Assembly: GCA_010356995.1 (NCBI GenBank)
Contig: ML996688.1
Coordinates: 1,054,001-1,118,000 of the forward strand
From: Trichodelitschia bisporula
Lineage: Eukaryota
Length of the DNA stretch: 64,000 nucleotides
Direction: 5' to 3'
A program made the translations under genes and the position numbers. This document shows, one piece after another, positions 18,031 through 31,452 of the stretch; position 1 is the stretch's first letter; every line of letters starts with the position of its first letter. The notes under the pieces are model-generated. The model had not been told where the DNA came from and did no database searches. It saw nothing but the letters and a program-made list of their open reading frames with translations.

Positions 18031-21000
18031 ATAGTGGTCGATTGGGTCTGAGATTGACACTTCGCGCCTTGCTCACGTGGCGCTTTCTCGTCATTTCAAC
18101 ATGCCTTTGTGTGTGGTATCTTCTCTTCCTTCATTTCGACAGCCAACCTCAAGCCAATGTTTAGAGTAGGGATAATAAAATACAGAAGTGTGATTCGGCC
18201 AATCCAAGCCGTTTGAGTTCAAGCGGTACTGAGGAAAATGTGACCATCTGCTCAGAGACCCCTGTTTCCTTTTTCTTCCACACTTTCCACGCTGCAGTGC
18301 ACCAACTATCCGGAGCTGAAGGATCATGCAGTGGCATGCATGCAGACCAAAGTCGCTTCCTGTGAGCTTTTATCAAGCTGAGAAGCGGCATTTCACGATG
18401 GTCCGGAAACCGATCTGGCCGGCGATCTCCAGCGGCCCCATGCACAGAATGCAGCGGCACGGATCGGAGTCAGATTGATTCGCGATCTATGAGACGGGAG
18501 TACTAGCATGCTGTCAGTGCATGAGTTTGACGGGTTTGACAGCCGCCCACGCGGGTAGAGGCTGGAAGGCGAATCCTGCGGAGAAGGCACGATGTGGCGA
18601 AGGCCGAGATGGCTTCATGAACATGGCCGCTCGGCCGAGAAACGGCTTCTCCCGGTCAACGCATTTCCTGATCAGCGTGGCGTAGCCGTGCAAAGGGCCA
18701 CGCCTTCAGCTGTCTCATGTTGGCGTATTTACCACGTGGTTCTCGTGGGAGGCGAAGGGAAGGGGGTTAAGTAGGACCGGGTCTCCGGGTCTACAGCCCA
18801 TTGGGCCAACGGGCGGGGTTGGTTGGAAGGGCAAGGCTGACTGGCTAATAGAAGATATGTTGATGCCTCAAGTAGCTTGAGACATGCAGTGGTGGGGTGG
18901 GGTGGGGAGGGGGCAGTGGGTTTACCCGATCGCATTCAGATAGCGCTGCGGGAGGTCGGATGTGGCTGTTGGGCAGCCTGAAGGAGCGCCATAACTTGCT
19001 CTTGTGTTGCGCGAGTTGTATCAGTCCTGCCGAAAGCCATTTTGTGCGAGCAGATGTCTGGCCGGCAACGAAGAACGGAGTTCCGCGTTAGCGCTCGTTC
19101 ATGGATGCTGGGGGTTGTTAAGCGAAGAAAAAACACCATGAAGCGACCTCATGTCGTACAAGATGAGATCCGAGGACGGCTGGGGCTTTTTTGGAGCCTT
19201 TCCCCGGCCTTGTTTTGGGGCGAAGTCGGCGTCACGGAAGGACTCCATACTTCATAAACCAGCCCGGCTTACAGAAAAACTTTCGCTGTGGCGTTTTCGG
19301 GACGTGAGGACCGCGATTCGACGTAAGATGCGTAAGGCCTGCGATCGATTGGATCGTGATTGTTCGGGCAAGAGCCCTGCAACCATGGCTCGTTATGGAG
19401 AGCTGAGCGAGGCGCCGAGCGAGGCGCCCCGCGCAAGAGGTCACGGCTCACATTTTGCGTACTCTTTGCTGCTGCTGGCTGCTGCCGGAGGCTGGTTTGG
19501 GAGGAATACCTGCGAGTCGAGACCGGATTATTTGCCCAGCCGTTGTGGTGTGCAGGTCGGAGGCGAGAAGCGAGGGTAAGGGAGAGGTGGAGCGCGTGGG
19601 GCGATCGGAAGTCATTCCCACGAGGGAGTCTTAGCATAAGGCGGGCCAGTACGTTATTCCTGGACCACAGAGGGGTGTTCGGAAAGTTTAACGGCAACGT
19701 TTAACATCGGCCCGGTTCCTAGCTGACGACTGGTTTGCAGCGGTCCCCTCGTGGGAGCCGGGTGTACAGACCGCCGTTTGTCCCTCCGACGGGTGTACAC
19801 TGGGACTCCAAGCATCCGGTACACTGCAGGTCACCGGGGTCCCCTGCACCCGTACTTTTTCTGAAGCTGGATGCGCTCATGGGGCGGGGGGAAGCGGGAG
19901 AGGTTGTGGGAGGGCTGGGATGGCAGTTTAAAGGCGTGTTGGCGTTTGGGGAAACAACAGAATATTTGCAGTTCACTGGCCACATGGCCCATGATGTCGA
20001 TCGCACTACAGCCAAGCTAATGTGTGCAGCAAGACGGCGCACATGGTAAAACAAAAACTCTGGATCCGCGGAGAACTGATGCTCTCCTGGCCACACGTGG
20101 AAAGGCGTTGTGAGCTCGGTACTGGTACATAGAGGAACCGACCAAGAGCCCGGTTGATGAGCTGACGCTGTGATACGTAAAGGAGCCTCAGCGAGTAGTG
20201 TAAACACTAGAACTACCATTTAAATACAACCCGGGATCGGATCTCTAACCATTTCAGATTAAACAAGCATCAGCTAGGCGATCTACCGTTAGTCTCGGCT
20301 ACGCGTGAGCTTGAACTTGCGGGGGCCGCTTATCGAGCAGCGGCCCAGGCGGCCGACAAGAGGTCTCTACCAGATCTTCGACCAATTCGCCAGGGTTTAG
20401 GTGCTCCATATCGCGTGCGGGGAGAATATGCTGTGCTACTTTTTATACACTTCCATGAGGCGTTGCAAGGGCTTCTTGTTCCTGTGTCAACGTCCTCACC
20501 ACTTACTGAGTCACTACCCTACGTTGGTGAATCTGCCACGTGGGTCTGAATCGAAAGTATACAAAGGGTGAAAGGGTAACAAGAGGCCTTTTGATGTGAT
20601 GCTCTTCAGAAGAGTGTGTTATGCCCCATTACGATAAGTATGCGCTGATAAAATGCAAGTCATGAGCATCGAAAAGCTATCAACATATGGCTGGCGATTG
20701 CGTGCTGGCTACCGTATACTGGTGTTGGGCAGTTATCTTGCAAATGGAGAGATATGTTACGTACTCTGAGTTAGACAGTCAACCTGGGGAATGGTTATAC
20801 GATGCTTCCTTACGCAGTACTCTGTATATACAGACCACTCAGTAAGTATGTAGTCACGGTAGTTCTACTCCATACTTGCTCTGCATTGATGGACAAGTGA
20901 GAATCTACTGCTCCTGGCAGCGCTCAGCACAGCACCTTTGGGCCTTTTGCGTCGTTGGAAAGCTTAGCGGGTCTGGGAGAGCTCCGGATCGGAGAGGTTT

Positions 21001-22286
21001 GCCAGGAAGAAAACGCCTCCACCCCACTGCCCCGCTAATAACGGCTGGTTCCCCTGCCCGAGGGTATGGGCGGCCCATGCCATCCCTGTTGCTCTTCGAC
21101 GATACTTCCACACCAAGTCTGAATTTCCCTTTCAACACCCGACTCTCTGCAAGGAACTTCACCCACCAGCGTCCCCTCAAAGTATACCTACGTACTGTAC
21201 ACCAGCACTGTTCTGCTACCCCAACTGCTCCCCCCGGTTCCCCCTAGTCAGCTCTGAGTGTCCAGCCCGCTCGTAAATAGCTCGTTCGAGATCTGTAGGA
21301 CTCTACGCCGTGTCACAGCGCATAGCCCACCCCCCTCCCCCTCCAGCATCGGCCACCTTCTCTCACCAGACGTGTCCATTCTCCTCTCTTCCATCGGAGC
21401 GAACAGGCTCCTTCAGTAACCTTATCCCCTGCTCCACGCCCGGCCGTATTTTTACTCCCTCGAATGGCTGAGCGCCTCCGGCATCTACTCCCTACAACCA
21501 CAAGCCGTGCCACTTTTTTAAACCCTCCATGCTGTCATGGAAGTGAGCCAACGCGATATAAACCATACTCTCGGGCCCCCAACTGAATGGACTTGAAGGA
21601 CGCCCACTGAAAGGACGTCTTCCCCGACCTTCCACCCCCCGTCACAACGCCCAATCCCTAACCCTTCGATCCAGTCGACATCTGGATTAATTCTACTCCA
21701 TTGTTTGGCCAGCCCCATCATCCATCCCCGACCCATTCCAAGGCTTCCCTCTTCAACGGCCAACGACCCTTCTGTTCTTTGTTGCGGGCCAGTGTCGACC
21801 CTACATTGCACACATGCGAGCCGGACTACTTGTGTGACGGTCTTTCGTGTCTCTTCTCCTCACCAGCCGCCTAACCCACTTCGGGCCAATTCACTTGCTT
21901 CAATTCCGCGCACGGCATTTCGATCCGCTTTTCCTCCATTCCGATTCCGCTTTCTAGTTCACCTGTACCTTCGGTATGTCCTCTTTCCCCTTCATTATCC
22001 CGCAATATCTTCCTTTTGCAGCTCCGCGCAGCGCATCGCACTTGAGCCAAAGACTTGGCAAATCCACTTCATGCTGTACCACCATCGAACCAAAGCTATT
22101 GGCGCAAGTGCTGACTAGAACTAGAGACGGAATCCGCAGCGCTGTTCCTGCGAGAGAAGAGCCTGGATGCTTTCCGCCTTCGCAAATAGAGAACTTCGAG
22201 CTAGATACTGCCTTGGATCGATGCGCCCCGCTGTTTGCCATCCTATCTAGGAGGCAGGGTCGAAGCTTTACACGCACATACCGATG

Positions 22287-24351
22287 ATCATGTCGCATAG
22301 AAGTCGATTTCCAGGTTTGCGCTCTCTCGATGCGGGCCAAAATGCCACAGATTCGGGATTCAGTTACGGCTGCACTGGTCCGCCATTCCGCTCTGAAGAG
22401 GTTCCAGCTAAGCCAATGCCCCATGCGCAAACGGGACGAGAGCCGGACTTTACTCCGCATAAACCCGTAAGCTTTCTTACATTCTTACCATGGTCCCCTT
22501 CTCGAACTGACACCCGTTATGAATAGCATCCCCAGGAACAATCAGTAGACCTCGTGGTTCTCAAGGAAGCAATCGAACGCTTCCGCGCATCTGGATGTCC
22601 TTTCGTTTTGCTTGCCGAAGATGAGTTTGGAAAGCCCCTCTTCGGAAAGTCTCAGAATGCTGGTCAAAGCGACGAGTGGAAACGAGTTGAGCAGGCACTT
22701 CGTGAGTCTCAAACTGAGTCGCAAACTGTGTCCTTCCGGAGTGACACGTCAGGTGGGCGATCCTCTCTCGTTTGCCGACTTGCTTGCTGGCTTCAACTAA
22801 CCGAAGTCAGATTTATCCTATGCATTATCGTCAAGAGAGAGCGACCGAATGTCCACAACAGACTCTAGCCCTCGTGGAAGAGTCTCATCCACCCACATCC
22901 ATCAGTCGGCCCGCCTCACAGCTCTTAAGTCCATGGCGAACTCCCGGATGGCATCAGAAGCCGGCCAAATATGTGGAAAGCGTCGTTGGTGTGAACGTTC
23001 TCGAAGCGTTGCCACCTCGCAAGCCGATGACGAAACGGATTGTGACGATGACACCACTGAGGACTACGTGCACGTCGAGGAAACAGAACATCTGCGAATC
23101 GGGGACACGGATGCTCTCACCTCATTTTACTGCTACTCCTTTGAACTAATGCAGCAGTTGGCTATGAAGGCACTCGTGAAAGCCTGGATCAAGGAGATTG
23201 AACCTAAGAAGCAACGCAATTTCCCTTATGCCAAAAAAAATGAAAAAACGCCCGCCTGGTGGCCCATAGACAAGGTCAACCACAAGGAGCCGGACCATCT
23301 GCGAAAAGAAGGTACGATTTCTATCCACTCGGCCATCCCCTTGCTGATATATTTGACATAGAACGCCATCATCTTGCCATCGAAATCCTTCGGTATGTGC
23401 ACAACGACGCCAAATTCGGTACGGATGGCATCCAGCGACTTCAGAAGGCCAGTGGAAAGATCAACCTGAAGTTTGAGCATGAGCCGGAAGCCAAGTTTGA
23501 GCAAAGGATGGCCTTGCTCTCACAGCTATATATTGTCGCTGAAAAAGAGGGTTGTGTGCATCGCGGCGAGATGGGTATGTGGCTGAGTCGGAGTTTGCGC
23601 TTGGACATTCACTGACATCTTCTACTCAGACAACGACGATGTGGTGAGTATCACCAAATATACAAAGCTTACCAAGGTCCAGCGGGCGGGCACTGTCGGT
23701 GTCAAGCGCGCTCGAAAGGCACCTCGCCTGGACGGCACACCTCCCATAACACCCGTTGGGAATCCGTCATTGCCCAACGCCGATCCTCTTGAAGAATCCG
23801 TGCCTTTGGAGCGTCTTCATGAAGTTCAATCCCAGCGATCCTTTACTTCATCTGCGGATCTACCTGCCAATAGCCTTTCATTTACACCAACCATCGTCCA
23901 GTCTCAAACTTCCGATCCGGAATCCGAAACCAAACGTATCATGCCTCCCCGAATGCCGGGGTCGGCCCCTCCCATGCCTCTCAACGATCAGAACTCCGCC
24001 CCCCAGCGATTTCCTTTTGACCGTTCAACTGGTTCGATAAGCTGGGAGCATCCTGCGCCTATGGATTCCGATACTTCTATGCTTCAAGCAATGGACTCTT
24101 CTTCATTTAGCTCTACTGGCAATACCGCGCTTTCCTCTCATGGCTTCCAGGATTACCAAATTTCCCCCAATCTTGGTCAAATGGTCATGCCACACGGGCT
24201 CCCTCATCCACTTCCGGGGTATCCTATGGGATACGCACATATGCATCATCAAAGACAACCGGCCGTCTTTCAGGCTATGGTGCCAGGTCATCACTGGAGC
24301 TCAACTCCAGGATCCTGGGAACTTCCACTCGATACCCAGTTCGAAATGTAG
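22287..24351 (+). CDS. DUF2841 / YDR124W-like helical-bundle protein (introns 22467-22526, 22753-22810, 23312-23361, 23575-23629)
   Basis: Signature LRIGD...FELMQQLAMKALVKAWIKEIEPKKQRNFPY...PAWWP...HKEPDHLRKEER; P/S/Q-rich C-terminus. Confidence 0.8.
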
Positions 24352-25555
24352 TGACCACATTTACAGCTTATGACGTCTGATGAATTTCACGAAGCGCAAG
24401 GCCACCACCACTGGCCCCTTATGTTGTATCAACATGGACCGCAGGGTGAAATAGCCCCAACTGCATGCACCGAGTACGCCTTACGCCGACTTTCATTTTT
24501 CGCCTGGGCGGTTTTCTGAGACTTTTGTGTTTGCTTGAATGTGCATGAATCATTGTGGCGGACTATTGAGTCAACGTAAAAAGCTCATCATTCGCATATT
24601 TAGGTTACGTCTCGCTTTCAGTTTGGATTTCGCATATCTCTCAGGCTAATCATTGTGCGCAACACGTGTTCGGGCTGTCCCGGAGATGATAATATCTTTG
24701 ATGCGCGAGTGTACGTGCAGAGTCTGTGGTTGCTTGTATCTGGAAGGGAAGGGACGGGTCATCTGCATTTTCATGAGCGTGGCGTAGGACTCCAGCATCA
24801 AACGACATTCGACCGTGAGGACTTCTTTCGGTTTGTACTTGTATCTCGGATTATCGCGGTAGCCGAAGCTCTTAGCCGTTTTGACAAGAGCTTACAACGG
24901 CAAGGTGGCTGAAACCCCGCAAACTCACACAATCAAGTTGGTTTCGTGGATCCTTTGTTATCTTGATCATTTCGTGACACCATTGGGAGGAATGGCATTG
25001 AATGCAGCCAAAGGCCTTCCAGCCCAATACCTTTGGGGAGACTTCGAGTGCCGCACAGTGCCATGGGACGTAGAGGGCGCTCAATAATTCAGGTAGGACG
25101 GTCGTCCATTTTCCACGCGATGTGAGGCATATGGTCTCCCGGCGGATTTAGGGGACTGCGGTAAGCGTATTCGGATGCACGTTCTGCCGTAGCCGACTTG
25201 TTCCGGGCCCAGCCATGGCGTCAATGATGCTTGGCCCGCATCACGTGAACTCGACTTTCGTGAGGCATTGTTCTGTCGCGCTCTTTCATTGACACCACCA
25301 CCCATCGTGCTTCCCGTGCATCTCCCCAACGTTCCCTCCTTCGTTCTCTCACCAACGCATTGCTGTGACGCCTCTCCGCTCGGAACAAATCGACGAGTTC
25401 CGTTTGTTCTCCGAAAACTTCTCCACAGCGACGCTCTTCTCCGCATCTCGAGTCTCCACATCGCGTCTCGCCATACTCAACATCCGCGTTATCGTCAGAT
25501 CCACATCCATTGCATGAGTACATTCCAATAGGTCGCAACGCAAAGGAGTGGTGAC

Positions 25556-28500
25556 ATGGCTGGGCGCCGTGGAGGGCGCGGCCAAGGGTCGCAGCAGCAG
25601 CAACAGTCTCGCGATTCGAACCCTCGGCACCGTACCAACGGGGACGAAGGCTCTTCGGGACGCGGTCGCGGCCACGGTCGCGGCGATAGAGGCCAGAGCA
25701 ACGGGCAGTCTAGAACTTCGAACCACGATCAGAACCGGAACAGCCCTCAGGATGGAGGTCGCGGCCAGAGCAACGGCGCGAGGCGGACCAAACCCCCAGT
25801 TGACCTTACTCGACACGTTCTGGAAAAGAATCTGGCTGCAAATCATGGACCGCCTAAAGCTCCAAAGAAGATGGTAGACACGCAGCCAGAACCTCGTGCG
25901 CGGTCCAATTCCCAAGTCAAGCATGGCCCTATACCGGCGGGTGCCGCAGAGAGGTGGGCACAGGTATGTCTTTACTTTCGCGTGGGGTTAACGATACTAA
26001 TACATCCACAGCTTACACGGAATCGGGACAAGGAGCGCATGGATGCGATTGCGAACGGCTTCCTTGCCGACCCGGCTCAGCCGAGGAAACTGGAGGATGC
26101 TATTACGCCCGTCGGAACATGCGAAGACATGTGCCCTGAGTTTGAACGGGTTCAGCGTATCGTGCAGAATGACGTCTGGCGGCAAGAATGGGTAGGCTTG
26201 AGGTTTTAGATGTTTCATTGGCTACATGCTGACACTATTTAGGAACGCCAGACACAGGCCCTCGATTATGGAAAGAGGACTCCAGACGAATCTCGAATGG
26301 TCAAAAAGTTCCGGAGAGCGGCAGCCGGCCTTGATGAACAGCTCCCTTCAGATTTGCGCCCGCCCCGAGTACTTTTGGTTCGTTGAATGCCCCTTACCGC
26401 ACTCGTGCTGATGTCCTTCAGAAAACCACCAACTATCTCCTCAATGAACTCCCTACTGAATCGAGTGATGACATATCAAAAATCCAAGCCTTTTTGTGGG
26501 ACCGCACGCGAGCCATTCGTAACGACTTCTCCATTCAGCAGCTTAAGGAGGTGGAAGATATTCGGATTGCCATTGACTGCTACGAGCGGATTGCCCGTTT
26601 CCACATATTCTCTCTTCATCAGATGGCAGCCGTTGATCGGAAGGGAGCAGAGACGTACGATTGGCAGCAGGATCGAGAGCAGCTGGACCGGACACTGTTG
26701 ACTTTACTGGACTATTACGGCAAAGTACGGTTACAGTACCAGTCTCCGAACGAGGTCGAATTCCGCGTGTACGACATCCTCTTGCACATTCAATCGCCGC
26801 AGCCGTACATGGAATATAAAGTCCAGGGCCTGCCGGACCACATTCGTCTACATCCCAGGATCCTCAAGGCGATGGAACTTTGGGAAGCTGCGACGAACAG
26901 TATCGATCTCCAGGGACCCTTTCTTGAAAGCGTACCTCATGTTGTCGTCCAGGAAAACTGGGCACGCTTCTGGAAACTCATCATGTCGAACCAGGTCTCG
27001 TATCTGATGGCCTGCGTTGCTGAGGTGTACTTCAACTTGATCCGGCGGACCGCCTTGCAGTCGATATTCCGTGCATTCAAGCTCGGCGGCACCCAGCGCA
27101 CTACCGCCTGGGTGATGCCTCATGTCATGGACGCCCTTGGTTTTGATACGGAAGAGGAAGCCCACGAGTATGTTGCATACTTCGGCCTCAAGTTCCAAAC
27201 TCGTGACGATGGTGTATTATTTCTGGACATTTCAGCGATGAAGGGGGCGGATCTTCCCTCTCCTTCTGGTGGAATGGTGCCTCAGAAACATTCGAAGAGA
27301 TGGGTGGAAATGAAGCGACGGGGTCGAACTTTCAAAGCCATTGTCAACGGTCTCTCCACCAAGGCTGCGAGACAAGCAGGATGGGTCGAGAAAGCTCCAA
27401 CAGTGTCAGCCGATTCTACGATGACTGAAAGTTATGAGCAATCCGCCCGTACGTCTACAGCCTCTACCGCTCCGCCTTCCGAACCGGTTGCCAAGCTCAA
27501 CCCAATCGCTCCACCTTTTGCACTTTCTGCTTCCTTGGCTGGAGCAGCAACATTTACCGGCACGCCGCCTACCGCACCTTCCTTGGCAACGGGTCAGGCA
27601 AACGGATTCGGCCAGCCTTCCGGGTTTGGCCAACCACCGACAATTGCTCCGCCTTCCGTGCTTAATCGACCTTCAAGTTTTGCTCCCTTCACCGAGTCTA
27701 GCCCGCCAACCAGTTCCGCATCATCTTCTGGGTTTGGGCAACCGTTCGGGACCAGCCAGGGGCCTGCTTTTGGTAAGCTATCTAGTGCTGGAAACCCGAC
27801 AGATACCTCTGAGGCGTCTGTCGTGAAGCCCTCCCCGCATTTCAGTCCGTCTTTGACTCTGGGGCAACCAAATAGGCCCGGTCAACCTTTTTCATTCATC
27901 TCACCGTCATCGGACAAATCCAGCACACAACCGAACCGAACTCTGTTTGGCTTCCCAGCGCGGTCAACCGATCAAAAAGCCAACACGCCGCCGGTCGAAA
28001 CTTCGACTCCAAGAATGGATATCAAGTTCCCTCCCGCCCCCTCCACTACTCCCTTCGCCCTCCCGCAATCATCTGGAATCGGCTCTTTCTCGCTGGGCAA
28101 AACTGCTGGCCCTGGCCTGTCCAGCGCGTGTTCTCCGTCTCCTGCTGCAGTAGCATCTGCTCCGCCATTCAATATGGAAAGTTACGAAAGTATTCCCGCA
28201 CCTAAGGTCGAAACCTTATCTTCTACGCCGATACCATCAAGCTCACTAGTCGGAACCGGTCAATCTGCGTTTCCCGCTCAAACCGCAGTTGGCGCTGGAA
28301 AGCGACGCCTTGAGGATGCTGCTTCGCCATTCACCACTCCTCCCCCGCAACCGGCACCGCAGGTAGCCTCCGAAACGTCAGCCGCATTCATGCCACTTGC
28401 TACTGCTGAAACGCAGTCCGTCAAGTCCCAAATGTCGCGTCCTCCGCAGCAGATGCCTCCTCGACCTACTACTCCGGAAGATCCTGAGAAGCGCAAAGCG

Positions 28501-30173
28501 CTTTCTCTCGATTTCCTCACGAAAGACTTGTTTCTCGAGCCGCACAACGGCATCCTGAAACAGTACATTGAGTATACGGCGTCACATGTGATCAGCCAAG
28601 AAATAGCACGCAAGGAACAGGAGGATGATCTGGCTAAAGCAGGTTTGTCTTTTCATTTTCGTATACGTTGCGATATAAAGCCTCTCCATACCATGCTAAT
28701 CATATTATAGACGAATTTCGGTATTGGTTTCTCGCCGGAAAGTTCGGCTACCGTTGGCTCGAGATTTGGCGGAACCGCCGGTTGGTTCGAAAGCACAGAG
28801 ACCTCAGGAAGAATGCCCAGGAAGCCACTCTGCGCGCTCGTGCCAGGCGCAAGGCGAAGGCTGCCGCCGAAGCCCAAGCTAAACTTGAAGGCACTGTGAA
28901 GAAGGCTGGCGCTGATGTCATGCGTGACTTCGAAGCATTCAAGGCTTCAAAACGGGCTATATCTGAGTCCATTTCTTTCAATGGCCAGCCCTCCGTCAGA
29001 GAGGCCTCGACTTTATCAGGAGTCTCGACGCGAAACGACAATCGAGCTTCAGTGGAAACTCTGGGTTCGATGAGCATGGACGACCTGAAGGTCCTCATTG
29101 GACCCAATGCAGGACCTCTGGTGACGAACTACTTCCGATATAAAACCATGGGCCTGAAGCCCGACGGAATCTTCTTTGCTCGGCAGTTGCTCGGCATGCC
29201 ACAGCATTCGAATACCTCTCCGGCAAAACGCACTCGCAAACTTTTTGAGGATGAAATATTGTCCTCTATCAGTCCCCCTGACAGCAAGAGGGTGGCCACG
29301 GAAGGTTCCTTCAGTAGCTCCCATAGCTCCAGTGGGCAATCAATAGATCAGCGCATTCCGGTCACCACAACTTCTGCCAAGCGCAGTCGTTCGGCCTTTG
29401 AGGACGAGCCGTTGCCCTCAACCAGTCCACCAGACAACAAGAGGCTGATTCGAAACGGTTCACTGAACAGCTCCCATGGGTCCATCAAGCAATCGACAGC
29501 TCCGGGTATGCCAGCGACAGTGGAATCGAACCCTTTTCCACATCTGGCACCATCGATTGAGCGCGGCCACACTCGATCCGAATCTGTTCGTTCCAACGCG
29601 CTGAAAGAGACTCTTGCTTGCGCAGATGAATCGCAGCAAGCCTTGCTAAGCATGAGCCAAAGGCTCGATCAAGACCAGGAAAGCATGCGAGAACTGTACG
29701 ATTTACTGCGCAAACGGACTCGTACGAAGGGACGTCCATCATTCTCTCCGGAAACCTCGGCGCTCCGAACTTCCATTCTCGGCTCATCAAACTTCGCTGC
29801 CTCGAGATCGCGTTACAGCGCAGTGGACACGCGTCCGGCTTTCCATGGACGTGTGAGCAAGTTCGTCCCCCGCGAGTTATACGGGAAGTACACTTCGCGT
29901 GTCGATCGGCGGAGACAGCAGGAGGAACGTCGTACCGAGGTCCAGGCTAGGGGGGGCTTGGTGGGAGGATCGGGTACACAGAATACGAACGGTGTTCACG
30001 AAGACGGGGCCCAGCGGGGGAGGTTTTTTGATTCCGAGAGCATCATCTCGTTCGAAGATGACGGGGACGAAGAAGGGTACGAATACAGCTCGGAAGATGG
30101 GGGGAATGATGGATCGCATCAAGGGCATCTCCAACAGGCGGGGGCGAGTGCAGAGGATGCCATTGAACTTTGA
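25556..30173 (+). CDS. SAC3: SAC3/GANP family mRNA-export (TREX-2) scaffold
   Basis: AITPVGTCEDMCPEFER, MVKKFRRAAAG..EQLPSDLRPP, FLWDRTRAIRNDFSIQ, CYERIARFHI motifs; GFGQP repeats; 4 introns. Confidence 0.9.
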
Positions 30174-30502
30174 TCTGGGTCGCTTTTTCTTTTACTACTT
30201 GCTTGGTACACTTGTTACCACCTGCATAGCGATGGCGCACGGGAGATCACGGTGTTTACGAGGATATTTAGACGATACCACGGGCAAAGCGATTCCAGGG
30301 GTTTGGAGCAGGATGGTATGGACACAGAGGAATGTTGTACACTAGATCTGTGGATTGCTCTCTACGGCATCTGGGTGCGAAATTCATAGCGCATTCATCA
30401 AGCCATCACATCGTTTGAGATATGACTATCCGATAGAGCCTCGTATTGAACAGTACGACCACCCTTATCAATGTGCATGGCCCACAGTGCAATAGTTCAC
30501 CC

Positions 30503-30934
30503 TCAGTCCTTTGCATCCAGCCCGAACTCCTCGAGGCAATCCCTGACTCTGACCCCACGCTGCTCGGCTATCATGCCGATGAGTCCCTGAGCTACATCCT
30601 TGATTTCATTGTACGTGTGCAAGCGGCCGATGTGCTCCTTGATAATAGTCTTCGCGGCAGACATAAGCTCCACGTCTTCATCAACGGGTACGCCGCGCAA
30701 TGATGGTGTAGTATGAGCCGCGGTTGAGGGAAGATAGGCACGGGGCGTAGGTGGAAAGGTTGTTTGCTGCAATGACCGGAGGAGTGCGGTGCGTTGGTCG
30801 GAGAGCGTGTTGTATGTGGCCATTAGAGCGGCTGTTCGCACCTCGAGGGCATCCTTACGATGTCAGTACGGCCAGTGGTGAGATGCGGTAGATTTTCTTA
30901 CTGTGCTCTTTTTATCCGAGGTCTGGTTTTGCAT
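30503..30934 (-). CDS. SWI5: Swi5/Sae3 recombination mediator (exon 1 30934-30902, intron 30854-30901)
   Basis: IIKEHIGRLHTYNEIKDVAQGLIGMIAEQRGVRVRDCLEEFGL is the Swi5 family signature; start exon inferred from GTAAGA donor, ACTGAC branch point and AAG acceptor. Confidence 0.88.
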
Positions 30935-31452
30935 AGTCAAGTAGTTGGGATTAGGACGCCGTTATTATCATTAGTTGTTAGCGAAGTTGCTTGCTGCTTG
31001 GTGGTCATTTCTGTTCATGGAGGTCCTGTTCCTTTGGATCTACGATGTTTGCCTACGGGACGGACGAACACGGCTCACTCGCATCTTCTGTCTAAGAAAG
31101 GATGTCAAGAGCCTTGATGTGAGGTCAGTTCTTGGTCCGATGGGGAGATAGTCCGGAGATCGTGTGTACCACAAGATGGAAGCATCGCCGGCCGATAGTG
31201 GTGTGGTCAAGCCCGGCCCGTGACCGCCACCGACCCTGGTGCAGTCCCGCCGCTTCAGTCACGAAAGGCGCGCACTCCGTGAGAGCGGTGTATCGCGCTG
31301 TCTACTCTCCTCCAACCGTCCGTTGCGACTGTCGACCGTTCTTTAGATCTCTTTCTGCGATGCGCAACGCATTGTGGTAGACTCGAAAAGCACAATTCCT
31401 ACGCCAAACGTTTCGTTTCCTCGCGCGCCTCAACCCCCCCCTCCGAGACGAC

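Noticed and set aside
21656..21665. CCCTAACCCT as an alternative telomerase template
   Set aside because: It lies in the pyrimidine-rich leader of the DUF2841 gene; I saw no adjacent boundary hairpin, pseudoknot or enclosing helix
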